In this document: piece after piece, positions 19,768 to 29,926 of the stretch
Layout of the letters: each line of letters begins with the position of its first letter
How positions within the stretch are numbered: the first letter of the stretch is position 1
From: Dehalococcoidia bacterium
Lineage (GTDB): Bacteria > Chloroflexota > Dehalococcoidia > SZUA-161
Direction of reading: 5' to 3'
Assembly (NCBI GenBank): GCA_014874385.1
Contig: JACWAE010000075.1
Coordinates: 7,693 to 71,692 of the forward strand
Length of the DNA stretch: 64,000 nucleotides
The notes under the pieces: model-generated
Seen by the model: the letters and a program-made list of their open reading frames with translations, nothing else
What the model was told of the DNA's origin: nothing
Databases searched by the model: none
Program-made: the position numbers and the translations under genes

Positions 19768-19866
19768 GGGAAGTGCAGAGGGGTAGAGCCCCTTTGCCAG
19801 GAGACTTGGGGGTGTCCCCCAGATCCTTTAAGTCCCCCCAAGAGTGGGGGATTTAGAGAGTCAAAA
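19768..19866. repeat. Palindromic repeat family, copy 2 (see 13087-13184)
   Basis: GTGCAGAGGGG..CCCCTTTGCC, GGGGGTGTCCCCC, CCCCCAAGAGTGGGGG. Confidence 0.8.
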
Positions 19867-19991
19867 AGATGCTTGTAAACGCCCTCGGCCCAACAGAGAG
19901 CATAGAAAGCTAATAACCTCATTGGCTTGCCCACTATCTCAACTTTCGTGATTTCATCGGTGTTAAATTGGCCTTGGGGAGAGGAAAGAAA

Positions 19992-20513
19992 ATGGAGTTT
20001 ATGGAGGTCATTCGCAAAAGGAGGAGCATCAGGAGATTCAAGCCCGATCCCGTCCCCGAAGAAGAGCTTAAATATATTCTGGAAGCTGCCAGACTAGCGC
20101 CCTCATGGGCTAATACCCAGTGCTGGCATTTCATAGTAGTGACCGACCCTGAAATCAAGGGGAAGATAGGCGAAGCTGGATTCAGATGGAGTGCCAGAGG
20201 TCCGGCGATGATAGTGGCCTGCGCCGACCCCGCACAGTCTGGTTTTAGAGAAGACCAGTATTACTATCTCACGGACATAGGCATCGCCCTGGAACACCTG
20301 GTGCTGGCAGCGGTGGACCGAGGCCTGGGCACATGCTGGGTAGTGGGTTTTCACGAGGACCAGGTAAAAGAAATACTGGGTATCCCTGAGAACATACGCG
20401 TCATCGCACTAACTCCTCTGGGCTATCCTGCTGAAGAGCCGTCTGCCAGGAGCAGGAAGAGCCTTGAGCAGATATTCAGCTACAACCGGTACGAGCAAAA
20501 ACAGAGCAAATAA
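19992..20513 (+). CDS. Nitroreductase family protein
   Basis: RRSIRRF, ARLAPSWANTQCW, GLGTCWV, LGYP. Confidence 0.92.
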   Translation: MEFMEVIRKRRSIRRFKPDPVPEEELKYILEAARLAPSWANTQCWHFIVVTDPEIKGKIGEAGFRWSARGPAMIVACADPAQSGFREDQYYYLTDIGIALEHLVLAAVDRGLGTCWVVGFHEDQVKEILGIPENIRVIALTPLGYPAEEPSARSRKSLEQIFSYNRYEQKQSK

Positions 20514-20558
20514 TGCCGATAAGTTATCACGATATAAGCGACAATACAGGAGAAGAAA

Positions 20559-21155
20559 GTGGCAGATAGTTCTCAGCAAGGACATTACCACGCGGGCATG
20601 TCCAGCAAAGCATTTCTCAACGCAGAACGCGTTATCCAGGAAATCAGCCTTAAGAATGGTGATAAGTTCCTGGATGTCGGATGTGGAGAAGGGCGTTTCT
20701 CGCTTGCTGTCTCAAAGCTCGTCGGCAACAAGGGTAAAGTGTATGCTCTTGATAGCTACGAAAAATCGATTGCTGTCTTGAAAGAACAGATACATCGAGA
20801 TAATATCAGCAACATCGAAGCAATCGTAGCCGATGTGACCAAAAAGATGCCGCTGCCCGATGCCATTATAGATGTGTGCCTGATGGCAAACGTAATGCAC
20901 GGCTTCCTCGCTAACGGAGAGGTACCGGCTGTCATGACAGAGGCAGCCAGAGTCATGAAGGTAGGAAGTACGCTCGTTGTAGTGGAGTTCAAGAAAATCG
21001 CTGGTCCTCCGGGTCCTCCCATATCCATAAGGATGACCCCTGAGGAACTTGAGAACCTGATATCTGGATACGGCTTCGAAAAGCTTAGGGCCGTTGAGGT
21101 TGGCCAGATTCACTATGCCGCCATGTTCCGTACCGTGCCCCGGCACAGTAACTGA
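20559..21155 (+). CDS. Class I SAM-dependent methyltransferase
   Basis: LDVGCGEG motif I, VYALD, PGPP. Confidence 0.9.
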   Translation: MADSSQQGHYHAGMSSKAFLNAERVIQEISLKNGDKFLDVGCGEGRFSLAVSKLVGNKGKVYALDSYEKSIAVLKEQIHRDNISNIEAIVADVTKKMPLPDAIIDVCLMANVMHGFLANGEVPAVMTEAARVMKVGSTLVVVEFKKIAGPPGPPISIRMTPEELENLISGYGFEKLRAVEVGQIHYAAMFRTVPRHSN

Positions 21156-21162
21156 GATAGCG

Positions 21163-21456
21163 TTAGGCTTCTGAGAACGGCTCCATCCAGAAAGAGAGAT
21201 TATCAATCCCTTGCTGGCATCTGAAAAGCTCCCTTATCTCATTTTGCTCTTCTTCATTAAGCGGCTTCTGGGAATCTAAGTAGCCTATAACCTGAGTAAA
21301 AGTAGAGGCGAACCTGCTGCCATCGTCACTCAGCGTGAATCTGCCGCATACATACAGGAGTTTTTTCCCCTTATGTTCTAACTCATTCCATTGATACCCG
21401 CTCAGCATGTCTCCATACCATTCTTCCCATTTTTTCTTAAATTCGTTGTCTATCAT
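21163..21456 (-). CDS. Hypothetical protein
   Basis: GAGGAG SD before ATG 21456; 97 aa. Confidence 0.55.
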   Translation of the reverse strand: MIDNEFKKKWEEWYGDMLSGYQWNELEHKGKKLLYVCGRFTLSDDGSRFASTFTQVIGYLDSQKPLNEEEQNEIRELFRCQQGIDNLSFWMEPFSEA

Positions 21457-21499
21457 GACAAATCTCCTCAAATGAATTATTTGACATAACAACCAGGGC

Positions 21500-21958
21500 T
21501 CAGCCACGGCTTGCCGACTTCATCGCCCTGCCCGCCTGCTCCAGAAAAACGTCCCTGTTGGCCGGGGATATGACCACATTGCAGCCCCTGCTGCGCCTTA
21601 TCTCCACCACGTTTTTAGACGAGGTAGCGAAACGGACCCCGCTGTAGGCAAACGCTTTCGCTCCCGAAGCAGACCTGACCTCCTCTATCGTGGAGAAAGG
21701 GATATTCCAGGCGAAAGGCCCTCCGAAAACTATTCTGATCTTATCGCTGTATATCTGATAGCGCTGTGGCATGATTACCCTAAATAGCAGCGCATAGAAG
21801 ACGGCTATCCCGAACATCCCGAAAGCATCCGCCTTATTCTGGAAAAGTAGAACGCCGCCCATCACCAGAAACAAAACCAGGATGCCCCCCAGTAGTATCT
21901 TGAGCCATAGGTCCATTCCGGGTTTGTCCTCATAAAGCAAGAAAGCCGGACTTTTCAT
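21500..21958 (-). CDS. Membrane protein with bacterial PH-like domain
   Basis: Two TM helices followed by a IPFSTIEEV...VISP beta domain. Confidence 0.7.
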   Translation of the reverse strand: MKSPAFLLYEDKPGMDLWLKILLGGILVLFLVMGGVLLFQNKADAFGMFGIAVFYALLFRVIMPQRYQIYSDKIRIVFGGPFAWNIPFSTIEEVRSASGAKAFAYSGVRFATSSKNVVEIRRSRGCNVVISPANRDVFLEQAGRAMKSASRG

Positions 21959-22117
21959 CTTAATGCCTGATTCAATTTAAACATATCACGCACCTGCCTG
22001 TCCAGGGGTTTGTCCATACCCTTCAAAAATAACGGTGAAAGCTATGAGGCAGCTGGTGATAATCAACAGAGCTACGGCATCTGGAAAATCTCCGGAGTGG
22101 AATCATTCTCTGGTTGC

Positions 22118-22912
22118 TCATACCGTGAACCTGGCGACCCTTGGTGCTTCTAATAGCTCCCATCTGCCTTTTACGCCGCTGTCCAGCGCAGCCACCTCAA
22201 TATGCAGCATGGCGATACCGCAATCAAGGCGCTTGGATACGCCAAAGTCCAGCAGGGGGCTGTCTACCGAGACCGTGATACTGTCAGGTTCCACATTAAA
22301 GCGCCACGGCTGCCTGTTCACAGCGGAAGGCGCCAGCCTTGCAGCCTCCAGAGCAGCCTTAATCCAATTGGGCCATTCCTTCTCACCCAGCCCCGAAACC
22401 ATCTCCGCCAGTGGTTTGCGCCGGTGGAACATCCCGAAGCCCGTCTGCGCCCTTTCCCCCAAAGAGGAGACCTTTGCGGTGTGACCCACAGGGGTTACTG
22501 CAAATACTCTCTCTTTTTCTCCAGCGCTGACTGCTGATTCAGCGACCTCGCGGCGGAAAAACATAGAACCACCCACCCAGCACGTGCCCAGTCCCATAGC
22601 CGTGGCTTCGAGGACAATACCCTCTCCCGTATAGCCGATCTTCTCGTTGACATAAGGATCGTCAATATCCCCGATGAAAGCGATGAGAGAGGGAGCGCCT
22701 TTGACCTTGCCGTACGAGCCGGCTATGCCCCTGAGTACTCTGTCGGGTGATTCGGAGACCATCTCGGCACGAGCCTCAGTGTAGGGTCGGAATCCCCCGC
22801 AAACCGTTTGAAGCTGGTTCAGTTGAGCTGGCTCCAAAGGGATGGAGTCGTATCTGCGTCTTGACCTTCTGAGCGGTATGGCATCATGCCATCGGGAAAA
22901 CGGTATCTCCAT
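22118..22912 (-). CDS. Nitroreductase family protein (two-domain type)
   Basis: RRSRRRY, GLGTCWVGG, ARLAPSAVNRQPW, LDCGIAMLH. Confidence 0.9.
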   Translation of the reverse strand: MEIPFSRWHDAIPLRRSRRRYDSIPLEPAQLNQLQTVCGGFRPYTEARAEMVSESPDRVLRGIAGSYGKVKGAPSLIAFIGDIDDPYVNEKIGYTGEGIVLEATAMGLGTCWVGGSMFFRREVAESAVSAGEKERVFAVTPVGHTAKVSSLGERAQTGFGMFHRRKPLAEMVSGLGEKEWPNWIKAALEAARLAPSAVNRQPWRFNVEPDSITVSVDSPLLDFGVSKRLDCGIAMLHIEVAALDSGVKGRWELLEAPRVARFTV

Positions 22913-23010
22913 GTATGTTACGCTCTTTTCAATGGCATGATGGCACTTTTTGAATAAAACTGCAATGATAAGGTGCGTAAGGTAATGCCATGAAGTGAAC
23001 AGTGATATAA

Positions 23011-24114
23011 CTAACTCAGCAAAGTCTTCTGGGTCTCCTCATCGAAGGCCTGCATGTTAGCCATATTGAAGACGAGTTCGATCTCTTGTCCGGGCCTTGC
23101 CGGCGTGCGAGCATCGACCCGTGCTAAAAATGGCTTGTCGTCGCTTAACATATGGAGGAAGAACTCGTTCCCCATTAACTCGGTAACATCCACCTTGGCA
23201 CGGATTGACGAGGCAATTATTCCCGGTGCCATGTATGCCGGAGAATGGATATCTTCCGGCCGGATGCCGAAAACGATTTTTTTGTCCAGGTATTTATCAA
23301 GTATGCCCGCTTTTTCTTTGGGCACTGGCATCTGGAATGTCCCCGCATCCAGATAAATACCGTCCTGCCCGCTTTTCACAATTACATCGAAGAAGTTCAT
23401 CGCTGGACTTCCGATGAAGCCCGCCACGAAGACGTTGCCAGGCTTTTCATACAGCTCCTGAGGTTTGCCGACCTGCTGCAAAACACCCGTTTTCATCACA
23501 GCGATGACCGTAGCCATAGTCATGGCTTCCACCTGGTCGTGGGTTACGTAAATGAAGGTAGTGCCCAGCCGCTGGTAGAGTTTGCTCAGCTCAGCGCGAG
23601 TCTGCACCCGGAGTTTTGCATCGAGATTGGAGAGAGGCTCATCGAGCAAGAACACCACTGGCTCCCGCACAATGGCTCGTCCCAGTGCCACTCGCTGGCG
23701 CTGTCCCCCGGAGAGCTGACGGGGCTTTCGTTTAAGCAGTTCCTCGATCCCCAGAATTCGTGCTGCTTCCTTTACTCTGCGCTCTATCTCAGGCTTAGGA
23801 GTTTTCCTAAGGCTGAGGCCGAACGCCATGTTATCGCGTACCGACATGTGCGGATAAAGGGCATATGATTGAAACACCATCGCTATGTCCCGGTCCTTGG
23901 GAGCTACATCATTGACCAGTTTTTCCCCGATATATATATTGCCGCTGGTGGGTACTTCCAGGCCTGAGATGAGGCGTAAAGCAGTGGTTTTTCCACAGCC
24001 AGAAGGCCCGACCAGGACCAGAAACTCCTTGTCGGGTATAGTTAGAGTCAAGTCGTTGACTGCTACAGTCTCACCGAATCGCTTGGTAATGTGCTCAAAA
24101 CGTACTTCAGACAT
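23011..24114 (-). CDS. Sugar ABC transporter ATP-binding protein (MalK/MsmK family)
   Basis: GPSGCGKT, LSGGQRQR, LLDEPLSNLD, GFIGSPAMN. Confidence 0.96.
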   Translation of the reverse strand: MSEVRFEHITKRFGETVAVNDLTLTIPDKEFLVLVGPSGCGKTTALRLISGLEVPTSGNIYIGEKLVNDVAPKDRDIAMVFQSYALYPHMSVRDNMAFGLSLRKTPKPEIERRVKEAARILGIEELLKRKPRQLSGGQRQRVALGRAIVREPVVFLLDEPLSNLDAKLRVQTRAELSKLYQRLGTTFIYVTHDQVEAMTMATVIAVMKTGVLQQVGKPQELYEKPGNVFVAGFIGSPAMNFFDVIVKSGQDGIYLDAGTFQMPVPKEKAGILDKYLDKKIVFGIRPEDIHSPAYMAPGIIASSIRAKVDVTELMGNEFFLHMLSDDKPFLARVDARTPARPGQEIELVFNMANMQAFDEETQKTLLS

Positions 24115-24207
24115 ATCTCAATACCTATTTGGAACCGAACTTTGATTAACTGAATCAAAAGACCGATTACAAATTTTATCCTTTCCGCTGCTTTAAGTAA
24201 ACCGCTC

Positions 24208-25104
24208 CTACCCTTTAAGCGCTCCCGCTGTGATGCCCTCGACAAAGTACCGCTGCAGCGCGAAGAAGACGATCAGCGGTAATATCATCGAGATGAATGC
24301 GGCCGCAGTGAGCAGCTGCCACTGCGTGCCAAAAGAGCTGACCAGATTGTTTATTGTCAGGGTCATCGGCGCCTTGCTGGGAACCTGCAGGTAGACAAGA
24401 GCGACCAGCAGGTCATTCCATACCCAGAGGAACTGGAAAATAGCCAGCGAGGCGATTGCCGGAACCGACAATGGCAAGATTAGTCGGTAAAACACCCGCA
24501 TATTCGAGGCGCCGTCGAGATACGCCGATTCCAGCAGCTCTTTCGGCAGAGTGCCAAAAAACGTCGTCAGCAAGAAAACCGCAAAGGGCAGACCATAAGC
24601 AGTGTGTGCCAACCATATCCCAGGGAAACTACCCACTAAATGTGTATCTGTAAAGAAGCGCAATATCGGTATCAGGGTCGCCTGGATGGGCACAACAATC
24701 AGGGCGACCACCAAGATGAATAGAATGTTGCGTCCCGGGAATTTCATCCAGGCAAATGCGAATCCGGCGAAGGCCGCCACTATTACAGGAATTATTGTTC
24801 CGGGTACGGAGATTATCAGGCTGTTGATGAAGCTGCGTCCCATCCCATTCTGCGAAATTACAGTACTGTAGTTGTCCAGAGTGAACTTGAAAGGAGTTTG
24901 GAATGCCGTCCACCATCCTGACGCGGCTACCTCTGTTGAGGGGCGGAAAGAGCTTACCAGCAAGCCAATGGTCGGAGTCAGCCACAATAAGCCTATGACG
25001 ATTATAATGACATGCAGGGGCAATCTTGAGAGGAACCTTCTCAGATGCACCAATATTCTCAAGAAGGTAGGCCTCATATCTACTGCTTCTTCAGCAGTAC
25101 TCAT
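24208..25104 (-). CDS. Sugar ABC transporter permease (MalG/AglG-like)
   Basis: ESAYLDGAS EAA loop, WNDLL, TM helices. Confidence 0.93.
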   Translation of the reverse strand: MSTAEEAVDMRPTFLRILVHLRRFLSRLPLHVIIIVIGLLWLTPTIGLLVSSFRPSTEVAASGWWTAFQTPFKFTLDNYSTVISQNGMGRSFINSLIISVPGTIIPVIVAAFAGFAFAWMKFPGRNILFILVVALIVVPIQATLIPILRFFTDTHLVGSFPGIWLAHTAYGLPFAVFLLTTFFGTLPKELLESAYLDGASNMRVFYRLILPLSVPAIASLAIFQFLWVWNDLLVALVYLQVPSKAPMTLTINNLVSSFGTQWQLLTAAAFISMILPLIVFFALQRYFVEGITAGALKG

Positions 25105-26078
25105 TCCGTCCCTCCTTGAAATCTAACGCGGCGAATGCTGATGAACATTATGGGCAATATTGCCACAAAAAGTAACACAGCAAGAGCGCCGGCCTTGCCA
25201 AAATCCGAATAATTAAACATCTCTTTGTACATCATGGTGGCTATTACATCTGTGTTGAAGTTGCCCGACGTCATCACCCACACTATGTCGAAGATCTTTA
25301 AGGCCTGGATGACCAGCGTAATCACGACAAGTGCAATCGTGGGAGCCAGCATTGGAATAATGATTCGCCGCGCTACCTGCAGTTCGTTCGCTCCGTCCAC
25401 TCGCGCCGCTTCGATTACTTCGGTGGATATGCTCTTCAAGCCGGCAGAGAGAACTACCATAGCAAATCCTGTCCACATCCAGACGCCCACTATTATGATG
25501 GCAACGTTGTTGGTGTGAAATGGCGCCGGTAATATATGGTTAGTAAAAGGGACCGCCTGCTGCACCAGCCAGGCCTGGGGCTGAAGGCCGACCTTTGTGG
25601 TGATCTCGTTGACAAGTCCAATTTGTTCGAACCCACCCGGTTTATAAGCGTACATAAACCTCCAGATAACGGATGCAGCCACAAAGGAGATAGCCATGGG
25701 AATAAAAATAACTGCCTTTGCTACAGCCTCATATCGCACCCGTCCGGTCAGGATAGCGAAGAGGAGACCAAGGCCGACAGCGAGTAAAGTGAACAACGCT
25801 ATCCACAATATGTTGTTAAATATAGCATCCAGTGTGATCCGGTTGGTGAAGACGTAGATGTAGTTGCTAAAACCAACGTACGAAGAAGAATTCGCGTTCA
25901 TGAAGCTCAGACGTATAGTGGCGACTACGGGATAGACCAGGAATATTGAGAGAAAGAGAAACGCCGGCAGCAGCCACAGCCAGGTAGATAAACGCCCTCG
26001 CCTGTTGATGGAGCGCCAATTTACGTGGATTTTGCCGGTGAGCCGGCTCCTGATGGTTGAACGGTGGCGGTCATTCAT
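25101..26078 (-). CDS. Sugar ABC transporter permease (MalF/AglF-like)
   Basis: EAARVDGAN, PMAISFV. Confidence 0.93.
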   Translation of the reverse strand: MNDRHRSTIRSRLTGKIHVNWRSINRRGRLSTWLWLLPAFLFLSIFLVYPVVATIRLSFMNANSSSYVGFSNYIYVFTNRITLDAIFNNILWIALFTLLAVGLGLLFAILTGRVRYEAVAKAVIFIPMAISFVAASVIWRFMYAYKPGGFEQIGLVNEITTKVGLQPQAWLVQQAVPFTNHILPAPFHTNNVAIIIVGVWMWTGFAMVVLSAGLKSISTEVIEAARVDGANELQVARRIIIPMLAPTIALVVITLVIQALKIFDIVWVMTSGNFNTDVIATMMYKEMFNYSDFGKAGALAVLLFVAILPIMFISIRRVRFQGGTE

Positions 26079-26103
26079 TGCATAACCATATCACGATACT
26101 GTT

Positions 26104-26139
26104 GCGGGGCAACCCCAATGGTTTTAAGGATTGCCCCGC
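26104..26139. promoter_or_regulatory. Intercistronic stem-loop between the binding-protein and permease genes
   Basis: GCGGGGCAA...TTGCCCCGC inverted repeat, a typical mRNA stabiliser or partial terminator position. Confidence 0.55.
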
Positions 26140-26182
26140 GCTTCTTCGGGCAGCAATTCGTTAGACTTTTACGCTTATTTCA

Positions 26183-27517
26183 TCAATAGTTGGCTACAGC
26201 CACAGACTCGATGTTCTGCAGGATACTATCGAGCTGGTCCGGATTCTGCAGGTAGTTCAGGACACCGGCCCAAAACGCATTCTCCACCGGTGCAGGCATA
26301 GCATCATCCTGGCTGAAGCGGAAGATAGCAGCACTGCTCAGCTGCTTTGCTGCATTTTGCGTTACGATGTTGGGGTAATCGCTCAGCGGGACCTTGTTAT
26401 TGACCGAGGTGAAGCCGCCGCGCTTTACCCAGATGGCCTGCGCGCCTGCGGTAGATAGGTAGGTGACTAACGAGCGGACAGCCGGCGTATCCTTGAACGC
26501 TACCACCAGGTCAGCACCGCCGGTTACCGCGTTCTGGTAAGCAGAGCTAATGACGGGGAAGGGGTAGAAGTTGTAGTCCGCACCGGCCACCAGGCTGGGG
26601 AATTGCGTTGAGATGAACCCAGCTGCGAAGTCTCCCAAATAGTCCATAGCTGCCTTGGGTGGTGTCTCATAGGGCAGGTAAGTGCCGTCCTGGAAGTTTG
26701 TGGCTAGAATCGCAGTAGCTCCTCCAGGAACATAGCCCTGGGTCAATGCAACCTGGCCGAACATCTGGAAGGCGTCCTTGACCCTTGGATCTGTCCAGGG
26801 AATCTGGTGGTTGACCCACTGGTCGCTGACGTCAGGGCCGTACTTACTTAACAGAATCTGATCGATCCAGTCGGCACCCGGCCAGCCGCTAGCCGCGCCG
26901 CTTTCCACCGCTATGGACCACGGGTATGCCGGTGTCGCCTTCGCCGCTACGATTTGATCGGAAAGCGCTATCATTTCATCCCAGGTCTGGGGAGTGGTCC
27001 AGTTGTTAGCTGTAAACGTTTTGGGGTTGTACCATATAGTCCCCTTGCTAGAGGCTTTCATGAAGATGGCATACAAGTTCCCACTCACAGTTCCGAGATC
27101 GACCCACCCTTTCGCATAGTCCTGGTTGATCGTTGTCATGTCGAGGAAATTATTCAGTGGTATCAAATCTCCTTCATTGGCCAGTGTCTGCATCAGCCCC
27201 GGATTGGGGAGTATAGCGATGTCAGGAGGGGTACCAGCCTCTATGCGAGTCTTAAGGATAGCATTCAGGTCTCGAGTACCGGTAAAATATACGATACCAC
27301 CTGTATCATGTTGCCACGGCTCGACCATGGCGTTGAAACTAGCCAGCTCTTCGCCTCCCCACGTTCCGAGTACCTCAACGTCGCCAATCGGCGATACGGT
27401 AGGTGTGGGAGTCGTCGTGGGCGTTGTCGTACAGGCAAAAGAGCCCAGCAAAGCCACGACAATCACCATCACCACCCCCAGCCAGAGCTTGCCGCGATGT
27501 AATGGAACCTTTCTCAT
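26183..27517 (-). CDS. Sugar ABC transporter substrate-binding lipoprotein (AglE alpha-glucoside-like)
   Basis: Lipobox SFAC, Thr/Pro linker, PPDIAILPNPG, ESGAASGWP. Confidence 0.9.
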   Translation of the reverse strand: MRKVPLHRGKLWLGVVMVIVVALLGSFACTTTPTTTPTPTVSPIGDVEVLGTWGGEELASFNAMVEPWQHDTGGIVYFTGTRDLNAILKTRIEAGTPPDIAILPNPGLMQTLANEGDLIPLNNFLDMTTINQDYAKGWVDLGTVSGNLYAIFMKASSKGTIWYNPKTFTANNWTTPQTWDEMIALSDQIVAAKATPAYPWSIAVESGAASGWPGADWIDQILLSKYGPDVSDQWVNHQIPWTDPRVKDAFQMFGQVALTQGYVPGGATAILATNFQDGTYLPYETPPKAAMDYLGDFAAGFISTQFPSLVAGADYNFYPFPVISSAYQNAVTGGADLVVAFKDTPAVRSLVTYLSTAGAQAIWVKRGGFTSVNNKVPLSDYPNIVTQNAAKQLSSAAIFRFSQDDAMPAPVENAFWAGVLNYLQNPDQLDSILQNIESVAVANY

Positions 27518-27793
27518 TACGGATACCTCCTTTCATTGTGCTGCCCAAAAGAATCGTATCAGATTATAGATTACAAAGTCATAACATGTAACACTTGAAA
27601 TGTCAAATTTTCATTACATTTCTTAATTTTATGCACGAGGTTAAGACATAGTACTTCTCCTGGACAGACCTCGGACATTTTCAAACACGAAATTCTCGCC
27701 AGGTTGGGAAAGAGGTTGTAAGCACTCTCTCAGATATGGTAATATTGATGCTCATTTTGTGTTATGATTAAGTGTCAAATAAGGTACAAGCGG

Positions 27794-28594
27794 ATGCAAC
27801 GCAGGCATAGTTCAGGCAAAACAATCGTAGTCAAGATCGGCGGCTCGACGCTGGGCAGTCACGACACCACGCTCGATGACTTGGTGTCCCTCCAGAAGAA
27901 AGGCATCCTGCCCGTAGTTGTTCACGGCGGCGGCAGCAAGATCACCGAGTGGCTCAAGAAAATGGGGGCTGCCACCACCTTCGTCCGTGGCATGAGGATG
28001 ACCGATGCCGCAACTCTCGAGGTGGTCATCGCCGTGCTCGCCGGGCTGGTCAACAAGGAGCTTGTGGCTGCAATCATGTCCAGGGGTGGCAAAGCTATCG
28101 GACTGAGCGGTGTAGATGGCGGACTGATTCAGGGCAGGGTGGAGAACCCCGAGCTTGGCTATGTGGGCGAGGTAGTGAAAGTCAATGCCGAACCTGTTAA
28201 AGCTGTTCTCAGCGCCGGATATATCCCTGTGATCGCTCCCGGCGGATTAAGGGCAGCGAGCGGGGACAGCGACCCCGTGAAGCTTCTTAACATAAATGGG
28301 GATGTCGTGGCCAGCGAGATCGCAGGTGCGCTTAAGGCGGAGAGGCTTATCTTCCTCACCGATGTACCAGGGGTACGTGACAGCGAGGGTAAATTCCTGC
28401 CCGGGCTATCCGCCGCTGAAGCTAAGAACATGATAGCCTCCGGGGTTATCTCGGGGGGCATGATACCCAAGGTGGAGGCATGTCTTAATGCCCTCTCGCG
28501 TGTGCCCTCGACTCAGATTGTCGACGGCCGCTCCGCCCGTGCACTGCTCTCCGCCATCGAAGAGGAGAACATAGGAACAAGAATCGAGCCATAA
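27794..28594 (+). CDS. argB: Acetylglutamate kinase
   Basis: VVKIGGS, VHGGG, NINGD, LTDVPGV, GGMIPKV. Confidence 0.96.
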   Translation: MQRRHSSGKTIVVKIGGSTLGSHDTTLDDLVSLQKKGILPVVVHGGGSKITEWLKKMGAATTFVRGMRMTDAATLEVVIAVLAGLVNKELVAAIMSRGGKAIGLSGVDGGLIQGRVENPELGYVGEVVKVNAEPVKAVLSAGYIPVIAPGGLRAASGDSDPVKLLNINGDVVASEIAGALKAERLIFLTDVPGVRDSEGKFLPGLSAAEAKNMIASGVISGGMIPKVEACLNALSRVPSTQIVDGRSARALLSAIEEENIGTRIEP

Positions 28595-28603
28595 TTTCAG
28601 AAT

Positions 28604-28660
28604 GTAGGGGCGAGGTGACCTCGCCCAAGTAGCCCGTTCGCCCTGAGCCTGTCGAAGGGC
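28604..28660. repeat. GTAG REP plus CCTGAGCCTGTCGAAGGG repeat
   Basis: GTAGGGGCGAGGTGACCTCGCCC followed by CCCGTTCGCCCTGAGCCTGTCGAAGGGC. Confidence 0.8.
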
Positions 28661-28689
28661 AAATCACCATAGAAGGTTAGGATAAGGAA

Positions 28690-29871
28690 ATGACCGACTG
28701 GCAGAAACTCGAAAAAAATTACTTTATGCCCACCATCAAACGCATGCCTGTGACCCTGGTCAAGGGCAAAGGGGTGCAGGTGTGGGACGACAAAGGCAGG
28801 GAATACCTGGACTTCACTGCAGGCTGGGGAGTGAACAGCCTGGGACACTGCCACCCTGTGTTGGTAAAAGCTCTCACTGAGCAAGCCAAAACCCTCATCC
28901 AGACATCTAACCAGTTTTACACCATACCCCAGATACAGCTCGCCGGGCTGCTTATAGAGAATAGCTGCTTTGACAAAGTATTTTTCTGCAACAGCGGCGC
29001 CGAGGCCAACGAGGGCGCGGTGAAGCTGGCCCGCCGCTATGGTAAGCTCCATCTGAACGGCGCTTACAAGGTGGTCACCGCGTTGAACTCCTTCCACGGG
29101 CGTACACTGGCGATGACCGCTGCCACCGGACAACGCAAATTCCATGAGCCGTATTTGCCCATCCCCGACGGCTTCATAAACGTGGAGTACAATAACATCG
29201 GCGCTATCAAGAAAGGAACCTCTTCACAGACTTGCGCTGTGATGCTGGAGCCTGTCCAGGGCGAGGGCGGCGTCAATATCCCGGATGACAGTTATCTCAA
29301 AGCAGTGCGGGCCTGGTGCGACCGGAAGGGGATTCTTCTCATCCTCGACGAGGTACAGACAGGGATAGGACGCATCGGGACACTCTTTGGCTACGAGCAA
29401 TTCAATGTCGAGCCCGATATTATCACCCTGGCCAAAGGACTGGGCGGGGGCATACCCATCGGGGCGTTCCTGGCTAAAGAGAAAGCGGCCGTCTTTGCTC
29501 TGGGCGAGCATGGCTCCACCTTCGGCGGAAACCCGCTGGCCTGCGCTGTGGGCTACGCAACCTTGCAGTTTGTCATCGAAAATGATATACCAGATAAGGT
29601 GAAAAGGAACGGAGCTTACCTGCTATCCCAGCTTAACAAGCTCAAGTCTAAATACGATTTCATCGTAGAGGTGCGAGGTCGCGGGCTTCTGGCTGCCATC
29701 CAGTTCAATAGCGACCTCACCCAGGATATAGTTAAATCATGTATGGAGCGCGGGCTCCTGCTCAATCCGGTGAAACCGAACGCTATTCGCTTCATGCCTC
29801 CGCTGACCGTAGCCAAAAAGGATATAGACGCAGCGATAGGCATACTGGATAAAGTTCTGGCAAAAGCGTAG
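28690..29871 (+). CDS. argD: Acetylornithine aminotransferase
   Basis: NSGAEANE, SFHGRT, DEVQTG, LAKGLGGG, HGSTFGGN; arg operon context. Confidence 0.95.
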   Translation: MTDWQKLEKNYFMPTIKRMPVTLVKGKGVQVWDDKGREYLDFTAGWGVNSLGHCHPVLVKALTEQAKTLIQTSNQFYTIPQIQLAGLLIENSCFDKVFFCNSGAEANEGAVKLARRYGKLHLNGAYKVVTALNSFHGRTLAMTAATGQRKFHEPYLPIPDGFINVEYNNIGAIKKGTSSQTCAVMLEPVQGEGGVNIPDDSYLKAVRAWCDRKGILLILDEVQTGIGRIGTLFGYEQFNVEPDIITLAKGLGGGIPIGAFLAKEKAAVFALGEHGSTFGGNPLACAVGYATLQFVIENDIPDKVKRNGAYLLSQLNKLKSKYDFIVEVRGRGLLAAIQFNSDLTQDIVKSCMERGLLLNPVKPNAIRFMPPLTVAKKDIDAAIGILDKVLAKA

Positions 29872-29891
29872 GGGCGAGGTTGCCTCGCCCT
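29868..29891. repeat. GTAG REP overlapping the argD stop codon
   Basis: GTAGGGGCGAGGTTGCCTCGCCCT. Confidence 0.8.
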
Positions 29892-29926
29892 GGAAACCAA
29901 AGGTGAACGGAAAGCGAGGAACAACA